NCBI GenBank assembly: GCA_046052125.1
Contig: JBJOMY010000005.1
Location: 64,001 to 128,000, forward strand
Length of the DNA stretch: 64,000 bases
Origin: Cyanobacteriota bacterium
Lineage (GTDB): Bacteria; Cyanobacteriota; Cyanobacteriia; PCC-6307; Cyanobiaceae
Direction: 5' to 3'
The translations under genes and the position numbers were made by a program. Positions 53,651-64,000 of the stretch are shown here, one piece after another (position 1 is the first letter of the stretch; each line of letters opens with the position of its first letter). Below the pieces are notes generated by a model. It had not been told where the DNA came from, did no database searches, and saw only the letters and a program-made list of their open reading frames with translations.

Positions 53651-55467
53651 CGCTCTGGCCTGGGCAGCTGCCAATCAGGCCTCGGCACACCCTGGCGCTG
53701 AAGATCAGCCGCCCAGCGATCCAGGGCCAACCGCTGCACACGCCAGAGGTTGAACAGGCCCTCGGTTGCCAACTGCTGATGAGCCAACCCGCGCCAGTGG
53801 GGCAGTAGGGCCGTGCGTTGGTCGATCACCAACAGCACGGTGCCAGCCGGCGTGGCTGCGCTGGGCAGCTGATTCCGGCGCCGCTCATGCCGGAGGCGGT
53901 CGTTGAGATTGAGCGGGCCGTTGGGCTGGATTCCCTCGTAGATCACCACCTGATCGGCATAGAAATGGAGGGAGGGCTTGAGGATGCCCACCATGGCCAG
54001 CGGTTCACCGCCGCGGCGCTCCGCCACCACCGCAGCGGCGATGCGGCGAACGGGCAGCTGGCGCAGCCGATCCCCCAGCGCCACCAGGGGCTGCAACGCC
54101 GCCACCACAAACGCCACCAGCGCCAGTTGCTGAGCGAGCAGCCAAGCCCGGCGACGGGGGCCGGCCGCGCACCAGAGCAGCAGCCCAGCCGCAGCAGCAA
54201 TGCCGAAACACACGGCTGCGCGCGTCAGCAACCCGCTGGTTAGCAGCTCGGCCGGCAGTGTGGGCAGCTCGGGTTCATTGATCAGCAACACCCAGCGGTC
54301 GGAGACAGCCAGCCCCACGGCAAAGAACGCCTGAAGGGAGAGCGTTGCCACCACCACAGCGCGGCTGCGGCGTTGAGAGGCCCTCGCCGTGAGCTGCTGG
54401 GCCGCCAGAGCCATCAGCAGCCCGGCCGCTGGCGTGGCCGGAATCCAGTAGCTGGGAAGCTTCGTGGCCGCCAGGGTGAAAAAGGCGAGCACCGCCAGCA
54501 GCCAGCAGGCGGCAAAGCGCTGCAGCGATGCAGGGGGCGCCACGGGAGTGCGCCAGGCGCGTAGGGCACTGGCCAGGCCTGCCAGCAGCAACGGGGTGAA
54601 CGGCAGCGAAGCCACCAGCAGCACGGGCACGAAAAACCACCAGGGCTGCAGGTGGTTGTTCACCACGCCTGTGAAGCGCTGCAGGTTGTGGTAGCCGAAA
54701 AAGCTCTCCACAAAGGGCTTGCCCTCCACCAGAGCCGCCAGCGCGTACCAGGGGAGTGACACCAGAGCCGTGATCCCCAGGCCTGGCCGGGGATGCACCC
54801 GGGCAGCCAGCCCCCGCAGGTCGCGCTGCCACAGGCCGAACCCGATCAGGGTGATCCCGGCCAACAACACCGCCACCGGCCCCTTCGCCAGCACAGCGCA
54901 GCCCAGCAGGATCCAGGCCAACCAGCTGCGACCGCCCCCTGCATAGACCTGCCAGAAGACCAGCAAGGCTGCTCCCAGCAGAGCATTGAGCAGGGCATCG
55001 CTCACGGAGATGCGGCTCCAGAGCAGCACCAGGGGCGAGAGGCCAAAGGCCAGGGCGGCACTGATCGCGGTGATCCCCTGCTGTGAGAGCGCAGGCCAGC
55101 GATCACCAGCAAGGGGCTGGGGCCAGCGCAGCAGCGTGGCCGCCAACGCCAACATCAGGGCGAGAGAGCTGAGGGCCGAAGGCAGACAGGCCGCCCAGGT
55201 GCCCAGTGGATCCCACTGCTGCTGACCAGGGAGCGCGTACAGCAGCCCCATCAGCCAGTACACCAGCGGTGGCTTGTCGTACCGGGGCAGTCCATTCACC
55301 CGGGGAATGAGCCAATCCCCCGTGTGGGCCATCGCCCGGGCCGATGCGGCAAACAGCGGCGGGGTTTCATCCACCAGCCCCGTGCTGCCCAACCGCCACA
55401 CGAACAGCAGCAGCCCGCAGACCAGCACGGTGAGCAGCACCAGCGGCCACACGAACCTGCGCGACAC
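53644..55467 (-). CDS. ArnT/PMT family glycosyltransferase
   Basis: DETP, DW..P..NG..RYDKPP, AKGP and TKLPSY motifs; many TM helices. Confidence 0.92.
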   Translation of the reverse strand: MSRRFVWPLVLLTVLVCGLLLFVWRLGSTGLVDETPPLFAASARAMAHTGDWLIPRVNGLPRYDKPPLVYWLMGLLYALPGQQQWDPLGTWAACLPSALSSLALMLALAATLLRWPQPLAGDRWPALSQQGITAISAALAFGLSPLVLLWSRISVSDALLNALLGAALLVFWQVYAGGGRSWLAWILLGCAVLAKGPVAVLLAGITLIGFGLWQRDLRGLAARVHPRPGLGITALVSLPWYALAALVEGKPFVESFFGYHNLQRFTGVVNNHLQPWWFFVPVLLVASLPFTPLLLAGLASALRAWRTPVAPPASLQRFAACWLLAVLAFFTLAATKLPSYWIPATPAAGLLMALAAQQLTARASQRRSRAVVVATLSLQAFFAVGLAVSDRWVLLINEPELPTLPAELLTSGLLTRAAVCFGIAAAAGLLLWCAAGPRRRAWLLAQQLALVAFVVAALQPLVALGDRLRQLPVRRIAAAVVAERRGGEPLAMVGILKPSLHFYADQVVIYEGIQPNGPLNLNDRLRHERRRNQLPSAATPAGTVLLVIDQRTALLPHWRGLAHQQLATEGLFNLWRVQRLALDRWAADLQRQGVPRPDWQLPRPERY

Positions 55468-55500
55468 CAGGGCGAGCTGCGTCAGGCTCGAACTTATCGC

Positions 55501-56577
55501 CTACGCCTGCAAAGCCTGATTCACCCAGGCCTCGATCCGCTCCGCCAGCACCGCCCTGGAGGCATGGCTCTCCACCCAGCGGCGGCACTGCGAACGCTCG
55601 ATCGCCCTCACCTGAGCCACGGCCTCGGCCAGGGCTTCCACGTCATCGGGGGGGACCAGCACACCCGTGAGGCCTGACTGCACCAGCTCAGCGGGCCCAC
55701 CGCGCCGGTAGGCGAGCACCGGCACACCGCAGGCCATGGCTTCCACCACCACGTTGCCGTAAGCCTCATTCCACTTCGGCGTGTTCAGCAGCGCCAGGCA
55801 AGAACCCAGCTGCGCCTGGAGCTGATCGGTGGGCAAAAAACCCTTCCATTGCAGGGTTCCGGCAGGCACCGAGGCCTCCACCGCAGCGGCATAGGCGGGA
55901 TCTTCCACCAACCCCCAGATCGCCAGCGGCAGGCCAGTGCGGGCCGCCGCGGCCGCTGCATCCTCCAGGCCCTTTTCCGGTGCCACCCGGCCCACCCAGC
56001 CCAACAACTCCTGGGGCTCACCGCAAAACCGATAGGCGCCCAGATCGAATCCATTGCCCACGAGCACAGGCGGCTGGGGCAGGGCGAAATCAGCGGCCTG
56101 AGAAGCGGTGTGAAAGGCCAGCCGGCGTTGATCCCAGGCCGCCACATCGGCAATCACGGCATCCATCGCCGACGTCACCGAACCCATGCTCACCAAGTGC
56201 AGGATCGGCAGTGGTGCTGTGGGGGTGAGCCAAAAAGGCAGCCAGTCGTAGCCGAGGTTGAGCACCGCATCGAAGCCGGCAGCAGGGGCCTCAGCCAGCA
56301 CGCGCCGCCAGAAACGGGCCAGCAGCCCATCGGCCGGCATGGTGACGAGAGCCTCACGGCCCTGGTGCTGCACGCTGGGCTGCGGTTCACCACTGCAGCT
56401 CCACAGCTGAGCGGCAGCACAATCCGCCGGCAACTGCGAGCCCTCGGCGGCCAGCACCGCCAACTGATGCCCCCGCTGCTGCAAGCCCGCCACCAGTCCG
56501 GCCAGGGTGAGCTCCACCCCGCCGCCGCGGCCACTCCCCAAGGGCCCAAGCGCCGTGGCCACCACCAGCAGCTTCAC
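55501..56577 (-). CDS. Glycosyltransferase family 4
   Basis: GGGVE, GRVAPEKG and EAYGNVVVEAMACGVPV motifs; GTG start at 56577. Confidence 0.92.
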   Translation of the reverse strand: MKLLVVATALGPLGSGRGGGVELTLAGLVAGLQQRGHQLAVLAAEGSQLPADCAAAQLWSCSGEPQPSVQHQGREALVTMPADGLLARFWRRVLAEAPAAGFDAVLNLGYDWLPFWLTPTAPLPILHLVSMGSVTSAMDAVIADVAAWDQRRLAFHTASQAADFALPQPPVLVGNGFDLGAYRFCGEPQELLGWVGRVAPEKGLEDAAAAAARTGLPLAIWGLVEDPAYAAAVEASVPAGTLQWKGFLPTDQLQAQLGSCLALLNTPKWNEAYGNVVVEAMACGVPVLAYRRGGPAELVQSGLTGVLVPPDDVEALAEAVAQVRAIERSQCRRWVESHASRAVLAERIEAWVNQALQA

Positions 56578-57512
56578 GACACCAACTCCGCTTGCACCGG
56601 CTGCCAGAGCAGCGAGCGGCGATTGATCAACAGCACACTCACCAGGGCCAGAACAGCACCAACCCACTGCAGCGGCTGTAGCTGCTCCTGGAGCCACACA
56701 ACCCCGCAGAGCAGGGCAAAGACCGGGGTGAGGAAGGTGAGCGAGGTGAAGCTGGTGAGATCGCCATGGTTGGCGAACCAGAAGAACAGTCCGTAGGCCA
56801 GGGCGCTGCCCAACAGCGCCGCATAGGCCATCAAGCCCCACTCCACGGGGGTCCAGGCCGGCACGAGGGGCTGGGACACCAGCGCAGAACCGGCCAACAG
56901 GGGCAAGCCGCCCAACACCATGTGCCACCCGGTCACCGCCACCGGATCGCTATGGCGGCAGGCGAAGCGACTGATCACTGTGCCGAGGGCCATGGCCAGG
57001 GCGGCCGCCAGCATCCACAGCTCGCCATGGCTCCAGGCCTGAACATCCAGGACCTTGGGACCCATCAGCCACCAATGGTTGAGCAGGGGGGCCGGCAGCC
57101 CGAGGCAGAGGATGCCGAGCAGGCCAATCAGCAGGCCCAACCAGCCCACGGGATTGATCGCCTCGCCAAACAGGCTGCGCGCCAGCAGCGCCACCAGCAA
57201 CGGCTGTGAATCGATCAGCACCGAACCCAGGCCCGCGCCGGTACCCACGAGGCCACGGGCCAGCAGCGACTGAAAGGCAGTGGCATCCACCAGGGTGAAG
57301 AGCAGCAACCACCCCCAATCCCGGCGATCCACACCGCTGCTGCCCCGCCACAAACGAGCGCCGGCCAGCAACACCAAGCCTGCCGGCAGCAGGCGCATCC
57401 AGGCCAGGGTGAGGGGGCCGGCTTCCTGCAGCAGCGGCTTCATTGCCGCCATGGCCGTCCCCCACAGCGCGAAAGGGAGAAGCATCAGCAGCCAGCGCAC
57501 CTTCACCAGCAC
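56574..57512 (-). CDS. DMT/EamA family transporter
   Basis: LWGT...RLLPAG, SQP and LTPVFA motifs; ~10 TM helices. Confidence 0.9.
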   Translation of the reverse strand: MLVKVRWLLMLLPFALWGTAMAAMKPLLQEAGPLTLAWMRLLPAGLVLLAGARLWRGSSGVDRRDWGWLLLFTLVDATAFQSLLARGLVGTGAGLGSVLIDSQPLLVALLARSLFGEAINPVGWLGLLIGLLGILCLGLPAPLLNHWWLMGPKVLDVQAWSHGELWMLAAALAMALGTVISRFACRHSDPVAVTGWHMVLGGLPLLAGSALVSQPLVPAWTPVEWGLMAYAALLGSALAYGLFFWFANHGDLTSFTSLTFLTPVFALLCGVVWLQEQLQPLQWVGAVLALVSVLLINRRSLLWQPVQAELVS

Positions 57513-57562
57513 AAGCTGCCTAGTGGCTCCTTTTTAAGATCCAGCCACTGCACACCGCCTCG

Positions 57563-58375
57563 ATGGTCTGGCCCTGGCGCCGAAAGTCCCGCCGCAAACT
57601 GGCGCGGATCGCGATTGAAGGGGCGATTGCGTCCGGCACGCGCGAGCGGGTGCTGAAGGCACTCCGGGAGGTGGAGAAGCGGGAATTCCCTGCGCTACTG
57701 CTGCGCATCGACAGCCCCGGCGGCACCGTGGGCGACAGCCAGGAGATTCACGCTGCGATCCGGCGCCTAAGGGAGAAGGGCTGCCGCGTGGTGGCCAGCT
57801 TCGGCAACATCTCCGCCTCTGGCGGCGTGTATGTGGGCGTGGCGGCCGAAAAGATCGTGGCCAACGCCGGCTCGATCACCGGATCGATCGGCGTGATCCT
57901 CCGGGGCAACAACCTCTCGCGGCTGCTGGAGCGGATCGGCATCCAGTTCGAAACTGTGAAGAGTGGCCTCTACAAGGACATCCTCTCGCCGGACCGCGCC
58001 CTCACGGGAGCAGAACGCCAGCTGCTCCAGGAGCTGATCGATTCCAGCTACGGCCAGTTCGTGAGCGCCGTGGCTGAGGGCCGGGGTCTCGAGGAAAGCA
58101 GCGTGCGCCTGTTCGCTGATGGGCGGGTGTTCAGCGGCGCCCAGGCTCTGGAGCTGGGGCTGGTGGATCAGCTGGGCGATGAGGAAAGCGCCCGGCGCCT
58201 GGCCTGCGAACTGGCCGATCTGGATGTGGAGAAAACCCGGCCGGTGAGTTTCGGGCAGCCCAACAAGCGCTTTGCCGGCCTAATCCCTGGTCGCAATCTG
58301 TTTGGACGGCTCTTCGACGCCCTCAACCAGGAGCTGGCCTGGAGTGGCCAGCCCCTCTGGCTGCACCGCCCATGA
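57563..58375 (+). CDS. sppA: Signal peptide peptidase SppA (short type)
   Basis: IDSPGG, ASGG, GSIGV, KSG.YKD and DGRVFSG motifs. Confidence 0.95.
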   Translation: MVWPWRRKSRRKLARIAIEGAIASGTRERVLKALREVEKREFPALLLRIDSPGGTVGDSQEIHAAIRRLREKGCRVVASFGNISASGGVYVGVAAEKIVANAGSITGSIGVILRGNNLSRLLERIGIQFETVKSGLYKDILSPDRALTGAERQLLQELIDSSYGQFVSAVAEGRGLEESSVRLFADGRVFSGAQALELGLVDQLGDEESARRLACELADLDVEKTRPVSFGQPNKRFAGLIPGRNLFGRLFDALNQELAWSGQPLWLHRP

Positions 58376-58746
58376 GCAACGCCTCCCAGCTGCGGGCCCT
58401 GCGCGGCGCCACCACCGCCACCGCCAACACCACCGAGGCGATCAGCGAAGCCGTGGCCGAGCTCCTGGATGCGCTTGTGGAGCGCAACAGCCTCGAGGGC
58501 AGCCAGCTGTTGTCGGTCACGTTCTCGGTTACAGCCGACCTCGATGCCTGCTTCCCCGCCGCCATCGCCAGGCGCCGCCCGGGCTGGGATGGGGTCGCCC
58601 TTCTCGATTGCCAACAGATGGCCGTGAGCGGCGATCTGCCCCGCTGCATCCGACTGCTGGCCCATGCCTGGCTAGAGAGCGATCGGCCGGTGCGGCATGC
58701 CTACTTGCGCGAAGCCGCTCGGCTGAGGCCGGATCTGGCCAACTGA
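58372..58746 (+). CDS. aroH: Chorismate mutase, AroH type
   Basis: RALRGAT, FSVT.DL...FPA, LPRCIR, H.YL and LRPD motifs. Confidence 0.95.
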   Translation: MSNASQLRALRGATTATANTTEAISEAVAELLDALVERNSLEGSQLLSVTFSVTADLDACFPAAIARRRPGWDGVALLDCQQMAVSGDLPRCIRLLAHAWLESDRPVRHAYLREAARLRPDLAN

Positions 58747-58855
58747 GTTGCATCTGGTCACAGCTTCCAGCCCCAGGGCCGGCACCCCTGTGATCCCTGC
58801 AACCAGCCCCTGCCGCCAAGAATGGTGGGCACTAACCCTTTGCCAGATCCCACCC

Positions 58856-59449
58856 ATGGCTGGTTTTCGCACTGTCGTCACCGGCACGGCTCTGGCAGCC
58901 GCCCTGGGCCTGGCCGGCACCGCTGCTGCCCTTGTGCCGATGCTCAGTCCCTCGCCGGTGAAGGCGCAGGGCACACCAGGGCTTGTGGAGTTCCGCTGGG
59001 ATTCCAGCAAGGACTACCGCAAGCTCTACTTCTTCATGACCGACACCCAGCGCTTGAAGCGCTCGGAGTACTACCTGATTCTCAAACCGAAGGACCGCAA
59101 GACCGCGATCCTCAAGCTCACCGTGGGCATTCCCAAGAGCTTTGACGTTCAGATCAATCCGAAGTTCGTCAAGCTCTGCTACATGAAGGAGGGCGGCATG
59201 CTCGCCCGGACCCGCTGCGAGAAGGACATCCCCGGCACGGTGGAAGTGGCGGCCGATGCCACCGCGATCGAGATCTTCCCGGACACCCCCGTGCCGGTGG
59301 GCAAGACCATCGGGGTGTACATCAACCTGTTCAATCCCTTCAACGCGGGCATGTATCAGTTCAATGCCCTGGCCCAGGCTCCGGGCGATGTGCCCGTGTC
59401 GGGCTATCTCGGCAGCTGGCTGATCCAGATCGATCCCCCCAGCAACTGA
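58856..59449 (+). CDS. DUF2808 family secreted protein
   Basis: Signal peptide; NP...GMYQFNA...PG...YLGSW; position upstream of rpmH. Confidence 0.82.
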   Translation: MAGFRTVVTGTALAAALGLAGTAAALVPMLSPSPVKAQGTPGLVEFRWDSSKDYRKLYFFMTDTQRLKRSEYYLILKPKDRKTAILKLTVGIPKSFDVQINPKFVKLCYMKEGGMLARTRCEKDIPGTVEVAADATAIEIFPDTPVPVGKTIGVYINLFNPFNAGMYQFNALAQAPGDVPVSGYLGSWLIQIDPPSN

Positions 59450-59507
59450 CCAGACACGGGCTGGTAGGTTGGGCCATCGACGTTGAAGGCGAAGCCGAGC
59501 CGGAACC

Positions 59508-59645
59508 ATGACCAAGCGCACCCTTGAAGGAACCAGCCGCAAGCGCAAGCGTGTTTCCGGATTCCGCGTTCGCATGCGCAGCCACACCGGTCGCCGCGTG
59601 ATCCGCTCCCGCCGCAAGCGCGGCCGGGCCCGCCTGGCTGTCTGA
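59508..59645 (+). CDS. rpmH: 50S ribosomal protein L34 (not in the ORF track)
   Basis: Manual translation gives [45 protein letters not shown]. Confidence 0.97.
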   Translation: MTKRTLEGTSRKRKRVSGFRVRMRSHTGRRVIRSRRKRGRARLAV

Positions 59646-59688
59646 CGCCTAACCAGCCCCACTCACCGCCCCCGCCAGCCCGTTTCCG

Positions 59689-60078
59689 ATGGTTCTTTCC
59701 CGGGAACACAGGCTGCGGGGGCGGTTTGTGTTTGATCGCCTCTATCAGAAGGGTCAGCGCCATCACGGCAAATTGATGGTTCTTCGCAGCCTTCCAGCCC
59801 AGCCGGAGCTGCTCAAGCCCGATCCCCGCGATCCCAACCCGCTCAGCTGCAGGCTTGGGGTGGTGGTGAGCAACAAGGTGAGCAAGCGCTCGGTGCGGCG
59901 CAATCAGCTGCGCCGCCTGCTGCATGGGCAGCTCAGCGCCATCGTGCGATCCATGCCCGATCAGGCGATGGGGCGCTGGCTGCTGATCTCCCTCAAACCC
60001 GGCAGCGCCGAAGCCACGGATCAGGCTCTGCTGGGAGAATGTTTCGAACTCCTCGCCAAGGCAGGTTTACGCCCATGA
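59689..60078 (+). CDS. rnpA: Ribonuclease P protein component
   Basis: RL...F, RLGVVVSNKVSKRSVRRNQLRR; follows rpmH. Confidence 0.94.
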   Translation: MVLSREHRLRGRFVFDRLYQKGQRHHGKLMVLRSLPAQPELLKPDPRDPNPLSCRLGVVVSNKVSKRSVRRNQLRRLLHGQLSAIVRSMPDQAMGRWLLISLKPGSAEATDQALLGECFELLAKAGLRP

Positions 60079-60527
60079 GTGGTGCGCCACAAACGCCTCC
60101 GGTGGCCCCCGGAGCCAGCATCAACGAAGACGTCTTCTATGCAGGCGGCCCGGCCAAGGGTGACCTGATCACTAACCTGCTGTTCGGCCTCACGCTGATC
60201 GGCATCCCGTTTGCGGTGGGAGCGATCGTGCGGGCCCTGTGGCTGCGCTTCCGCATCACCAGCCGGCGCGTTGAGGTGAGCGGTGGCTGGCTCGGCCGCG
60301 ATCGCAGCCAGGTGGTGTACAGCCAGATCCGCGAGGTGCGCTCCGTGGCCCGCGGCTTGGGCTTCTGGGGCGACATGGTGTTGGTGCTCAGCGATGGCAT
60401 GAAGCTCGAGATGCGCGCCGTGCCTCGCTACAAGGAGGCTGAAGCCTTCATCCGCGAGCGGATCAAGGCCAGCCCGGCCGCCAAGGCCAGCACGAAATCC
60501 GGCTTCAACAACAACGCGGCGGCCTGA
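60075..60527 (+). CDS. Bacterial PH domain membrane protein
   Basis: FYAGGPAKGDL, RFRITSRR and WGDMV motifs; conserved position between rnpA and yidC. Confidence 0.85.
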   Translation: MSGAPQTPPVAPGASINEDVFYAGGPAKGDLITNLLFGLTLIGIPFAVGAIVRALWLRFRITSRRVEVSGGWLGRDRSQVVYSQIREVRSVARGLGFWGDMVLVLSDGMKLEMRAVPRYKEAEAFIRERIKASPAAKASTKSGFNNNAAA

Positions 60528-60582
60528 GCCATCCGCCTGACACACTGGCTCCACTTCCCTTCTCCCCGGACCTGCACACGCC

Positions 60583-61719
60583 GTGATCGGCTACATCTCC
60601 GACAACCTGCTGCTGCCGATCCTCGATTTCTTCTACGGATTGGTGCCGAGCTACGGCCTGGCGATCATTGCCCTCACGGTGGTGATTCGCCTGGCACTGT
60701 TCCCGCTCAGTGCCGGCTCCATCCGCAGTGCCCGCCGCATGCGCATCGCCCAGCCGGTGATGCAGAAGAGGCAGGCTGAAATCAAGGCGAAATACGCCAA
60801 CAACCCCCAAAAGCAGCAGGAGGAGCTGGGGTCGTTGATGAAGGAGTTCGGCAGCCCCCTCTCGGGCTGTCTGCCCCTGCTGGTGCAGATGCCGATCCTG
60901 TTTGCGCTGTTCGCCACCCTGCGCGGATCACCGTTCGCGGATGTGCCCTACACCCTCAACCTGAAGGTGTTGCCGGCCGAGCAGATTGCCGCCGTTGAAC
61001 CCAAGCCGTTCAACAGCGCCAGCCACTCCATCTTCGTGACCGCCACCAACCACGTGCCGGTGGTGGCCAGCCTTGAAAAGGGCACCAAGCTGGGCGTGGG
61101 CGACACCGAGACGGTGAGCCTGCACACCAAAGACGGCGCCAGCTTTGCCTCGGTGCTCAGCGGCGTGGAGAACGGAAGCGCTTTCACCCCCACCTGGAGC
61201 GTCACCAAGGGTGAAGGCCTGGTGAGCGTGGATCAGAACGGCACCATCCACGCCATCGCCCCCGGCGATGTGACCGTGGAAGCCAAGATCCCTGGCCTGG
61301 CCGCCCGCTCTGGCTTCCTGTTCATCAAGGCCCTGGGCCAGGTGGGCTTCTACACCGATGGCGCCATCAACTGGGACATCGCCATCCTGGTGGCCGCCTT
61401 CGGCGCCAGCCTGTTCGCAAGCCAGATCCTCTCGGGCATGGGCATGCCCGCCAACCCGCAGCAGGCCACAGCCAACAAGATCACGCCCGTGATGATCACC
61501 GGCATGTTCCTGTTCTTCCCGCTCCCGGCTGGCGTGCTGCTTTACATGGTGGTGGCCAACATCTTCCAGGCCACGCAGACCTTCCTGCTCACCCGCGAAG
61601 CTCTGCCCGACAACCTGCAGGCGATCCTCGACCAGCAGCTGGCCGCTGAGGCCAAAACCGTCACCGCCACCGTGAGCGGCAGTGAGCGCATGCCCTTTGA
61701 ACCGAAGGGCAAGAAGTGA
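60583..61719 (+). CDS. yidC: Membrane protein insertase YidC
   Basis: [21 protein letters not shown] and PAGVLLY motifs. Confidence 0.97.
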   Translation: MIGYISDNLLLPILDFFYGLVPSYGLAIIALTVVIRLALFPLSAGSIRSARRMRIAQPVMQKRQAEIKAKYANNPQKQQEELGSLMKEFGSPLSGCLPLLVQMPILFALFATLRGSPFADVPYTLNLKVLPAEQIAAVEPKPFNSASHSIFVTATNHVPVVASLEKGTKLGVGDTETVSLHTKDGASFASVLSGVENGSAFTPTWSVTKGEGLVSVDQNGTIHAIAPGDVTVEAKIPGLAARSGFLFIKALGQVGFYTDGAINWDIAILVAAFGASLFASQILSGMGMPANPQQATANKITPVMITGMFLFFPLPAGVLLYMVVANIFQATQTFLLTREALPDNLQAILDQQLAAEAKTVTATVSGSERMPFEPKGKK

Positions 61720-61723
61720 GTCG

Positions 61724-62275
61724 ATGAGCCAGGCCCTGCCGCAACCCGCCGGAGACCCTCTGCAGCCGGTTCCATTGCAGGAGCTGCGTCTTCTGGCTGA
61801 AGGGCGCCACTGGCAGGTGGATCAAACACTCAAAGAGCTCGAAAGCCTCACCCCGGTTCGGGGTGAGCTCACTGCCGTGCATCGCGGCAACATCCTTGAG
61901 CTCAGCGGCGAAGCCAGCACGATCGTCACCCTCCGCTGCGACCGCTGCCTCCAGCACTTCAACCATCCCTTGAGCTTCCGCCATCAGGAAGTGGTTTGGC
62001 TCGGTGATCAGGCCCGCCTCGAGGGCATCGAAGCCGAGGTGGTGATGGAGGGCGGCAGCGAAGTGCTGGAACTTGATCCTGATGGACTGAGCGAAAGTAT
62101 CGATCCCAGCGGCGAGTTCGATCCCGAACACTGGTTGTTTGAGCAACTCAGCCTGCAACTACCCCTGGTGAACCGCTGCGGCCGCGACTGCCCGGGCCCC
62201 GATCTTCAGCCCCGCGCAGAGCCGCCTGAACCGATCGATCCACGCTGGGCAGCTCTCAAAAAACTGCAGCCATGA
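61724..62275 (+). CDS. YceD/DUF177 family protein
   Basis: CDRCL, LQLP...C..DCPG and DPRWAAL motifs. Confidence 0.92.
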   Translation: MSQALPQPAGDPLQPVPLQELRLLAEGRHWQVDQTLKELESLTPVRGELTAVHRGNILELSGEASTIVTLRCDRCLQHFNHPLSFRHQEVVWLGDQARLEGIEAEVVMEGGSEVLELDPDGLSESIDPSGEFDPEHWLFEQLSLQLPLVNRCGRDCPGPDLQPRAEPPEPIDPRWAALKKLQP

Positions 62276-63780
62276 GCCAGGCCTGGGCCGACCACCTCGA
62301 TCTGCTCATCCGGGCGCGAACACCCATCCTCTGGATCCGCAGCCAGGAGGAAGAGCGCATTGCATCCCTGCTGGCTGCTGCAGCCAAACGCCTGGGCAAC
62401 CGGGCACTAGCCCGCTGGGATTTCATCAGCGGACTGTCCGGCTGGCCCGGGCGTAATGGCGAAGCAGCCCGCAATCCACTCGCGGCCCTTGAAAGCCTGG
62501 CGGCTCTACCGGCGGAGCAGCCAGCGCTGCTGGTGCTCCACGATTTCCACCGCTACAGCGAAGACGCCAGCATCTGCCGCAAGCTGCGCAACCTGGCCAC
62601 CAGCCTGCGCCAGCAGCCTCACACCCTGGTGATCACCGCCGCGGAATGGCAGCTCCCTCGCGATCTCGAGGAGTGCATCACGCTGCTCGACCTCCCCCTG
62701 CCCGATCAGCAAGAGATTGAATCTCTGCTGCGCAGCATCGCCCAGGCCTGTGGGCAAGGGCTGGAGGGCGAGCTGCTGGAACAACTGAGCCACAGCTGCA
62801 GCGGTCTGAGCGAGCAGCGGATCCGCCAGGTGGCAGCCCGCGGGCTGGCCAGTCGCGGCCAACTGGGCCTGGCCGATCTCGAAGAGGTGCTGGAGGAAAA
62901 ACGCCAGGCCATCGCCCGCAGTGAGCTGCTGGAGTACTGCCCCACCGAAGCCACGCCAGCGGATATCGGCGGCCTCGATGCCCTCAAGCTCTGGCTGGAG
63001 CAACGCCACATGGCCTTCAGCGATGAGGCGCGTCGCTACGGCTTGCCGCTGCCGCGAGGCGTGTTGCTGGTGGGGCCGCAGGGCACGGGCAAATCGCTCA
63101 CGGCGAAGGCGATCGCCCACAGTTGGGCAATGCCGCTGCTGCGTTTGGATGTGGGCCGGCTGTTTGCGGGGCTCGTGGGCGCCTCCGAAGCCCGCACCCG
63201 CGACATGATCCAGCGAGCCGAAGCGATGGCCCCCTGCGTGCTCTGGATCGATGAAATCGACAAGGGCTTTGGCGCCGCAGGCGATGGCCGCAGCGATGGC
63301 GGCACCAGCCAGCGGGTGCTGGCGAGCCTGCTCACCTGGATGGCGGAGAAGAGCAGCGCCGTGTTTGTGGTGGCCACCGCCAACGGCGTGGAGAAGCTGC
63401 CACCGGAGCTGCTGCGCAAGGGCCGCTTCGATGAAATCTTTCTGCTCGACCTGCCGGATGGCGATGAACGCCGGGCCATCCTCGATCTGCAACTGAAGCG
63501 GCGACGCCCCCATCACCAACTGCCTCTCGATGTGGTGGTGGATCGCACCGCCGGCTTCTCCGGCGCTGAGCTGGAGCAGGTGGTGATCGAGGCGATGCAC
63601 CAGGCCTTCAGCCAGTCGCGGGAATTTGGTGAAGCGGATCTGATCAGTGCCGCCGCCCAGCTGGTGCCCCTCTCCCGCACCGCTCGCGAACAGCTGGAGG
63701 CGTTGCAGCTTTGGGCCAGCAGCGGTCGAGCCCGCCCCGCCTCCACATTGCGCGGCGTAACGAAGGCCAACTCCAGGTAA
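62272..63780 (+). CDS. ycf46: Ycf46-like AAA+ ATPase
   Basis: IGGL..LK.W, GPQGTGKS, WIDEIDK and LPPELLRKGRFD motifs. Confidence 0.9.
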   Translation: MSQAWADHLDLLIRARTPILWIRSQEEERIASLLAAAAKRLGNRALARWDFISGLSGWPGRNGEAARNPLAALESLAALPAEQPALLVLHDFHRYSEDASICRKLRNLATSLRQQPHTLVITAAEWQLPRDLEECITLLDLPLPDQQEIESLLRSIAQACGQGLEGELLEQLSHSCSGLSEQRIRQVAARGLASRGQLGLADLEEVLEEKRQAIARSELLEYCPTEATPADIGGLDALKLWLEQRHMAFSDEARRYGLPLPRGVLLVGPQGTGKSLTAKAIAHSWAMPLLRLDVGRLFAGLVGASEARTRDMIQRAEAMAPCVLWIDEIDKGFGAAGDGRSDGGTSQRVLASLLTWMAEKSSAVFVVATANGVEKLPPELLRKGRFDEIFLLDLPDGDERRAILDLQLKRRRPHHQLPLDVVVDRTAGFSGAELEQVVIEAMHQAFSQSREFGEADLISAAAQLVPLSRTAREQLEALQLWASSGRARPASTLRGVTKANSR

Positions 63781-63851
63781 CAAAGGCCGCTGGGCAAAGC
63801 GACGCAATCGCGAGCCACCCCCAAGCTGCTGGGCAGTCGTCACGGCCCACA

Positions 63852-64000
63852 GTGGAACAGCGTCCCGCCCTCACCACCCAGCTGGCCGTGGCCTGCCTCG
63901 GCGCCGGCGTGATTACTAGCTTCGCCGTGGCCCAGGGCCAGAACCCACTCACAGCGCTCAGCATCACGCTGTTCTCAGCCGTAGCTGCTGTGATGGTGGG
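63852..64000 (+). CDS. Small two-TM hypothetical protein, truncated by the window edge
   Basis: GTG start; MEQRPALTTQLAVACLGAGVITSFAVAQGQNPLTALSITLFSAVAAVMV... Confidence 0.6.
   Translation, partial: MEQRPALTTQLAVACLGAGVITSFAVAQGQNPLTALSITLFSAVAAVMV

Noticed and set aside
61719..61724. No jag/R3H gene between yidC and the DUF177 gene
   Set aside because: To my knowledge this is usual for picocyanobacteria, and no remnant is visible.

Overview
This is a GC-rich picocyanobacterial chromosome segment, by gene content Synechococcus/Cyanobium-like (psaFJ, petCA, hli, ndhB, cta/cox cluster, vipp1/pspA, ycf46). About 60 densely packed, mostly core genes are present: ychF, wecB, pilT, tsaD, gmk, tatC, lgt, cobM, ppx, ispD, fabG, groEL2, nanE, ribE, cobT, topA, birA, sppA, aroH and rpmH-rnpA-yidC, plus a tRNA-Val(CAC). 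Only two regions look accessory. (1) A ~2.4-kb lower-GC islet at the 3' end of ychF (~1340-3710) holds one orphan Gly/Ser/Thr-rich, beta-propeller-like gene. It is flanked by two long, hairpin-rich non-coding stretches that include a 15-bp hairpin bracketed by 9-bp direct repeats and a C9 tract. (2) An MNT-HEPN toxin-antitoxin pair sits between an M23 peptidase gene and birA. I found no CRISPR array, integrase, transposase, reverse transcriptase or prophage. Several start codons were moved by eye from the ORF track. All product calls come from recognising motifs, not from database searches.
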